Shown: piece after piece, positions 59,436-64,000 of the stretch
Numbering within the stretch: position 1 is the first letter of the stretch
Layout of the letters: the number at the start of each line of letters is the position of its first letter
Source of the DNA: an uncultured virus (IMG/VR IMGVR_UViG_3300032167_006623)
Taxonomy: Duplodnaviria > Heunggongvirae > Uroviricota > Caudoviricetes
Direction: 5' to 3' (one strand)
DNA length: 64,000 nucleotides
IMG/VR virus record: IMGVR_UViG_3300032167_006623
Position numbers and translations under genes: made by a program
Notes under the pieces: model-generated
What the model was told of the DNA's origin: nothing
Databases searched by the model: none
The model's input: only the letters and a program-made list of their open reading frames with translations

Positions 59436-59532
59436 TAAAATAGCCTGTCAGTTTGATAACTGACAGGTTTTATTTTTTTCTTGAATGTCAAACTTCGATG
59501 CCTTTTTAGTATGCCTGTCTTGATGTCAAAAG

Positions 59533-59741
59533 AAACACCTGACGGTGTTTCGGATTTATTATAAAGAGTTACGATAAAACAAACAAAAATGTTTGTCGGT
59601 TGTAATTCAAAAGATACGATAAAACAAACAGGAATGTTTGTCGGTTGTGTCTTAAAGAAATGCCGATGTTGCGAACGGGGTCTGCTTGACAGATGTCCAG
59701 CTCATAATGCAATCAAGAATGATTGCCGGTGTTTTAAGAAA
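59533..59741 (+). repeat. four clustered hairpin-CGG-N9-AAA elements upstream of ssb
   Basis: At 59533, 59579, 59624 and 59709. Confidence 0.8.
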
Positions 59742-59957
59742 GGAAATGTAATAAGTGAGAAGTAGGTTCCTGCAGGGATGTTCATACCTACATAAACAAG
59801 TTACATTAACATTCTTCGATAGTTAATCCTGAAAGTGAGTTCCTGTCTGGCGATTCATACTCACACACAAAAGAGTAAGCTATCATGTACGTCATAAACA
59901 TAGGGCGGTGTTACATGCCGCCCAAAAATTAAAAACAATTTTTTGGAGGTAATCTAT

Positions 59958-60380
59958 ATGAACATGAACAACTTTTCCGTACTCAGAGGACGTCTTACTG
60001 CTGACCCTGCAATCTTTAACAACAAAGATGGCTCCAGCAAGGTAAAGTTCACCATCGCTTGTGAAAACAACTATAAGAACAAGGAAGGTAAGCGCGACGT
60101 TCAGATGATTCCCGTTGAAGCTTTTGTTAAGGCTGATTACGACAAGTCTCCTTTCGCAAAGATTCACAAGGGCGACAAGGTAAGCGTTGAGTGTTCGCTC
60201 AGAACAAACAACTATGAGAAGGACGGTCAGATGGTTTACTCCACTGTAGTCTTCGTTGAAGGCATTCAGTTCGAGGAAAGCAAGTCCGTTACTGATGCAC
60301 GTCTTGCGGCAAGAGACGCAGACGCTGCAACAGCTGCTGCTGCAACAATTGCAGAAGCTCCTGCTGAGGCTCAGGCATAA
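59958..60380 (+). CDS. ssb: single-stranded DNA-binding protein
   Basis: NNFSVLRGRLTADP, FTIA, KGDKVSVE.SLRTNNYEKDG; lacks acidic tip. Confidence 0.92.
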   Translation: MNMNNFSVLRGRLTADPAIFNNKDGSSKVKFTIACENNYKNKEGKRDVQMIPVEAFVKADYDKSPFAKIHKGDKVSVECSLRTNNYEKDGQMVYSTVVFVEGIQFEESKSVTDARLAARDADAATAAAATIAEAPAEAQA

Positions 60381-60523
60381 GCCTGACCTCGCAGTCACAT
60401 AATAACAAAAGCCAAGGCTTCGGCCTTGGCTTTTTTTTTCAACAGCTCGCAAGCTCGCAGTATCGCTTCGCAGCGATACGGAATTTCAATAAAATATTGA
60501 AATAAAAAAAGGAGAAATGTATT

Positions 60524-60901
60524 ATGTCAACAATAACAGGTTTTATAGGGATAACCGATATAGGAGCCATTTTTGTAAACTTGGAACACACCATTTCTGT
60601 CTCTGATAATGGAACAACACAAGAACATATTGATGAATTATTTGAAATATGTCAAGAAATATGTGAAGACGAAGTTGAAACCATTTACTGTATATTTGAC
60701 AGTAAAATCGACCTTGACACATGTGAAATCATAATATCTGACGGTTCATATGAAAATGGAACAGAACGGATAAACGACAATGCTATGTATGTTTACAGTG
60801 AAGAATATGCTGATTTCATAGCAAGTGTATCCGCAACTCTTGAAAATGGAGAAGAATTCTTCAAAGATTTGAATGAAAATTACTTATCCTTTGACTATTG
60901 A
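60524..60901 (+). CDS. highly acidic hypothetical protein
   Basis: Hairpin element at 60461; AAGGAG RBS. Confidence 0.7.
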   Translation: MSTITGFIGITDIGAIFVNLEHTISVSDNGTTQEHIDELFEICQEICEDEVETIYCIFDSKIDLDTCEIIISDGSYENGTERINDNAMYVYSEEYADFIASVSATLENGEEFFKDLNENYLSFDY

Positions 60902-61241
60902 TTCTGCTATCAATCAATTTTTGACAAATCAGACACGTTTCGTGTCTGATTTTGTTTTCTTATTCTCAGATTAAAATGTAGTTGCAATCTTCAAGGGGAT
61001 GGGGCGGTCTCATCGCCGCAGTTGTAATGAGCTACCGAGTACCTCATTACAACAATAGCTTCCGTTTTCTTGACGTGCCTCATAATCTGATATATACTCA
61101 AAACAGCAACATTTGTTTCTGTTACTATATATAACCTACACGTCCCTGTAAATAATGATTTACAGGGAGAAGACCTTAAACCTAATCTGACCTGTTCGGT
61201 CAGACGGTTTTTCAATAAAACTTGAAAGGATATGTTGATTT

Positions 61242-61526
61242 ATGAAAGAACCCGGATTTGTCAAAGAAGCTCGTGAATATGGTATGTCAGAAAGAGACAT
61301 TGATTTCTTGAAATCAGTATACGAGCGTCATAAGAAAATAAACTCAGATGATAATGACTGTGAGCGATTTTGCAAAACAGCAATACAAGAGGATATTCAT
61401 CCTGATGATATTGCTCCAGCTGTTGCTTTGATTGAAAAACACCGTCATGCTTCTCGTAATAACGATAAGTCTTTTGATATCAATGACCTAAAGAAGCAGT
61501 TGCAGAAAGACTCTGCGACAAAATAA
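61242..61526 (+). CDS. hypothetical protein
   Basis: Hairpin element at 61186; AAAGGA RBS. Confidence 0.7.
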   Translation: MKEPGFVKEAREYGMSERDIDFLKSVYERHKKINSDDNDCERFCKTAIQEDIHPDDIAPAVALIEKHRHASRNNDKSFDINDLKKQLQKDSATK

Positions 61527-61546
61527 TAATAAAACACTGAAAGGAA

Positions 61547-61879
61547 ATGATTATTATGCCAATAATAAGAAAATGTATTCATCTCTCAAGTGATGAAAAA
61601 GTAATGCTTACAAAAGCCGTAACGAACATTATTGATGAGTGTCTCATTGGAACAGATAGTGACATGTATGATATTTACAGACATATCATTGTTAAGCTTG
61701 ATGCGCTCACAATCAAACCTGCCCGTATACCGGGTCATATTGAAGAGCATTATTCTCTGGACATTGTTGGCGGTGAATACGACAGCTGTCTTTTTGCACT
61801 CAGCAATTTTGCTGACAACACAGACATGCTTCAGACTAAAATTCGCAATGCACCGAATGTTTGCGAAAAATATATCTGA
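61547..61879 (+). CDS. hypothetical protein
   Basis: AAAGGA RBS, terminator after. Confidence 0.7.
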   Translation: MIIMPIIRKCIHLSSDEKVMLTKAVTNIIDECLIGTDSDMYDIYRHIIVKLDALTIKPARIPGHIEEHYSLDIVGGEYDSCLFALSNFADNTDMLQTKIRNAPNVCEKYI

Positions 61880-62198
61880 CTTTTTAAGTAACCTATATGT
61901 AAATAAAAATCAGCTGCTCACGCAGCTGATTTTTCTTTTTGATAACTGTGAAACCATAGCAAGTCTTTCAGACTATTGCAGCTTTGCTGCAGTATAATTT
62001 GTCTCCGTGCGGAGCTTCCCGGTCACAGACCAGTTCAGCACCGCCATTCCGCCAAATTATATCCACAGCTTTATAAAACTTATTATGTGACAAGAACCAA
62101 TCCAATCAGAAACGTTGTTTCAATACCCAATAACGAGCCTGACGGCTCGTCGGGTATCAAATAAAAAGCTTATTTGCTTAAATCGGAGGAAATGTAAT

Positions 62199-62405
62199 AT
62201 GTTTATTATCAACTTAATCAAAGCATTGGTTATCGGTATTCATGATGAAATGAAATGGAATGGTCAGAACCTCAAGAATGCTATTCTTGAAGAATACTAC
62301 ATGATTAAAAATGTAATGGGTCTTGACCTTTACGTTAAATACATGAATGGCACTGCTGTTGAAGGCGTTGACTATTTTGAAAATATCGACCATGTTTGCT
62401 GTTAA
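62199..62405 (+). CDS. small hypothetical protein
   Basis: Hairpin element at 62133; GGAGG RBS. Confidence 0.65.
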   Translation: MFIINLIKALVIGIHDEMKWNGQNLKNAILEEYYMIKNVMGLDLYVKYMNGTAVEGVDYFENIDHVCC

Positions 62406-62679
62406 TGATGAACCCGGACGCATTTGCGTCTGGGTTTTTCTTTTTCTTGACCCGTAATTTAATATCTCGTGACTATCTCGTGAAATCAACACGATATTCA
62501 CAAAATAAGCAAAAGATATCAAATTTCATTTTTATATGAATAACGTTTTGTTCTAATACAATAATACAAGTCCTTTTGGGGACTTATTCTTTTGTATTAA
62601 AATTGCAATTCTTGCAAAATGCCCCTGCGGGGCATCGGATTTGCAATAAAAATTCTATATTGAAAGGAAAAGAGAATAA

Positions 62680-62922
62680 ATGTTACAGGAATACGCTGAA
62701 ATCAGAAACAGAATAGGGGAGCCACGTTATAATGAAATAACTGCATTTCTTGACGCCAATCCTGAATTTGATTTATCCGATGTATACTACAATCCATATG
62801 TTCACGCCATGAGTGTTCAGTGGGCAAGAAATACATTCGGAAAAACAGTATACGACGAGACTGACAACGGTCTCTACAAATTCGATATCGTTGCTGACGA
62901 CGGCGACGACTTACCGTTTTGA
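62680..62922 (+). CDS. small protein ending DDGDDLPF
   Basis: Hairpin element at 62619; paralog of 62938. Confidence 0.75.
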   Translation: MLQEYAEIRNRIGEPRYNEITAFLDANPEFDLSDVYYNPYVHAMSVQWARNTFGKTVYDETDNGLYKFDIVADDGDDLPF

Positions 62923-62937
62923 AAGGAGAAATAAACA

Positions 62938-63180
62938 ATGACTGTTATCAACGCTTATGAAAATATCAAAAACGAAATCGGACAGAACCGATTAAATGAA
63001 ATGTGGGCTTATCTTCATGCTAACCCAAATCGTATGTTTTCTGATATTTTCTATAACAAAGAAATCCATGCAGAAAGCATCCAGTGGGCTAAGGATACAC
63101 TTGGTTTCACATATGCTTCCGATGATGAATTTGAAATCATCTCCGCCGAACTTGCAAAGGTCAACGAAATATGTGCTTGA
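62938..63180 (+). CDS. small hypothetical protein (paralog of 62680)
   Basis: Y.xI.N.IG..R.NE..A.L.ANP...SD..YN...HA.S.QWA shared. Confidence 0.75.
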   Translation: MTVINAYENIKNEIGQNRLNEMWAYLHANPNRMFSDIFYNKEIHAESIQWAKDTLGFTYASDDEFEIISAELAKVNEICA

Positions 63181-63196
63181 GAAAGGAATAATATTT

Positions 63197-63571
63197 ATGA
63201 AAAAATATGAACTTGTTGAAACATTTACTTTTGTACTTTATGACAACGTGTCTGTAACAAAGTCTACCAAAACTGCTGACCTCGGTAGAATGGTACCAAA
63301 ACATTTTATTGTACCATGCAATGACCCTGAAAACAAATATTCAAACGGAGAATACACAGATGGTTACTCCGATGGTACACATAGCGAATATTGCTTCTGT
63401 TTTGATAATCTGCTTGATTGTTACACACATTGTCAATTTGATAAGACCAGATGGTCTGAAATCAATATCGACAAACTTGATGAAGCAGACAAACTTCTTG
63501 CACAGCAGATACTCAATAAGATTGCTGAATCAAATGATTGTTTTCCACAGCAGTTGTCCAAGACCATCTAA
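63197..63571 (+). CDS. hypothetical protein
   Basis: AAAGGA RBS before MKKYELV. Confidence 0.65.
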   Translation: MKKYELVETFTFVLYDNVSVTKSTKTADLGRMVPKHFIVPCNDPENKYSNGEYTDGYSDGTHSEYCFCFDNLLDCYTHCQFDKTRWSEINIDKLDEADKLLAQQILNKIAESNDCFPQQLSKTI

Positions 63572-63757
63572 ACCTCATATTCCGATTTAAGCCATCAGCT
63601 TAAGTCGGAATTTTTTCTGCTTTTAACAAAGCAGCGGGTTGTGTACAAAGGATAAGAAATACGCCAACACATTCTCACAAAAGGTCTCAACCTACGGGTT
63701 GAGATTTTTTTATTTATAATACGACAACATTTATTGCTATTTTCGATTTCTAAGATA

Positions 63758-63790
63758 ACGCTCCTTACGGAGCGTCGGGATTCCAATAAA
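63758..63790 (+). promoter_or_regulatory. Hairpin-CGG-N9-AAA element
   Basis: ACGCTCC-TTAC-GGAGCGT-CGGGATTCCAATAAA. Confidence 0.75.
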
Positions 63791-64000
63791 GAAACCCAAT
63801 AGCAAGTTCACAGATGCTGTAAACGATGTTGTCATCAGAACTTGTCTTGATTTCTTGAAATTTGCTCTCGGGGAGCAAACAGAGTTCCAATAAACGAGTC
63901 TGAAAGGCTTGTTACTTACAAACCCATCTGTCAGCTGAAAAGACGTTAAAACAGAGAAAAAGGAGAATGTATATGAATAACACAACAATCAACACTAATG

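Noticed and set aside
63580..63616. Hairpin ending in CGG as another promoter element
   Set aside because: 13-bp stem followed by a T tract right after a stop codon: intrinsic terminator
45405..63790. Hairpin elements as integron attC sites
   Set aside because: No RYYYAAC/GTTRRRY boxes, stems too short, no integrase in the window; a recombination role is not fully excluded

Overview
AT-rich segment of a large Firmicutes-type (probably Clostridia) conjugative plasmid. Left to right: (1) the 5' part of a MobL-type relaxase gene running off the window; (2) an accessory block with a D-Ala-D-Ala dipeptidase, dUTPase, a Panacea/PemK toxin-antitoxin pair and a HipA-like kinase preceded by pseudoknot repeats; (3) a roughly 25-kb minus-strand Gram-positive T4SS region ending in topoisomerase III; (4) an iteron origin with a Rep_3-type initiator; (5) a ParM/ParR/parC system and a pSK1 Par-like gene; (6) a roughly 19-kb plus-strand 'leading/establishment' region of small genes (HIRAN, macrodomain, SLOG-like, RNase H, NADAR, SSB) and structured non-coding segments. 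The most striking unexplained signal is a DNA element I count 33 times by eye, always in one orientation. It is a stem of about 7 bp with freely varying but paired sequence, a 3-5 nt loop that reads GNNA/GNA or T-rich on the template strand, and then CGG-N9-AAA. It lies upstream of nearly every leading-region transcription unit, where I saw no sigmaA promoters, and is best explained as a compact single-stranded-DNA hairpin promoter system. All protein calls come from motif recognition, not database searches.
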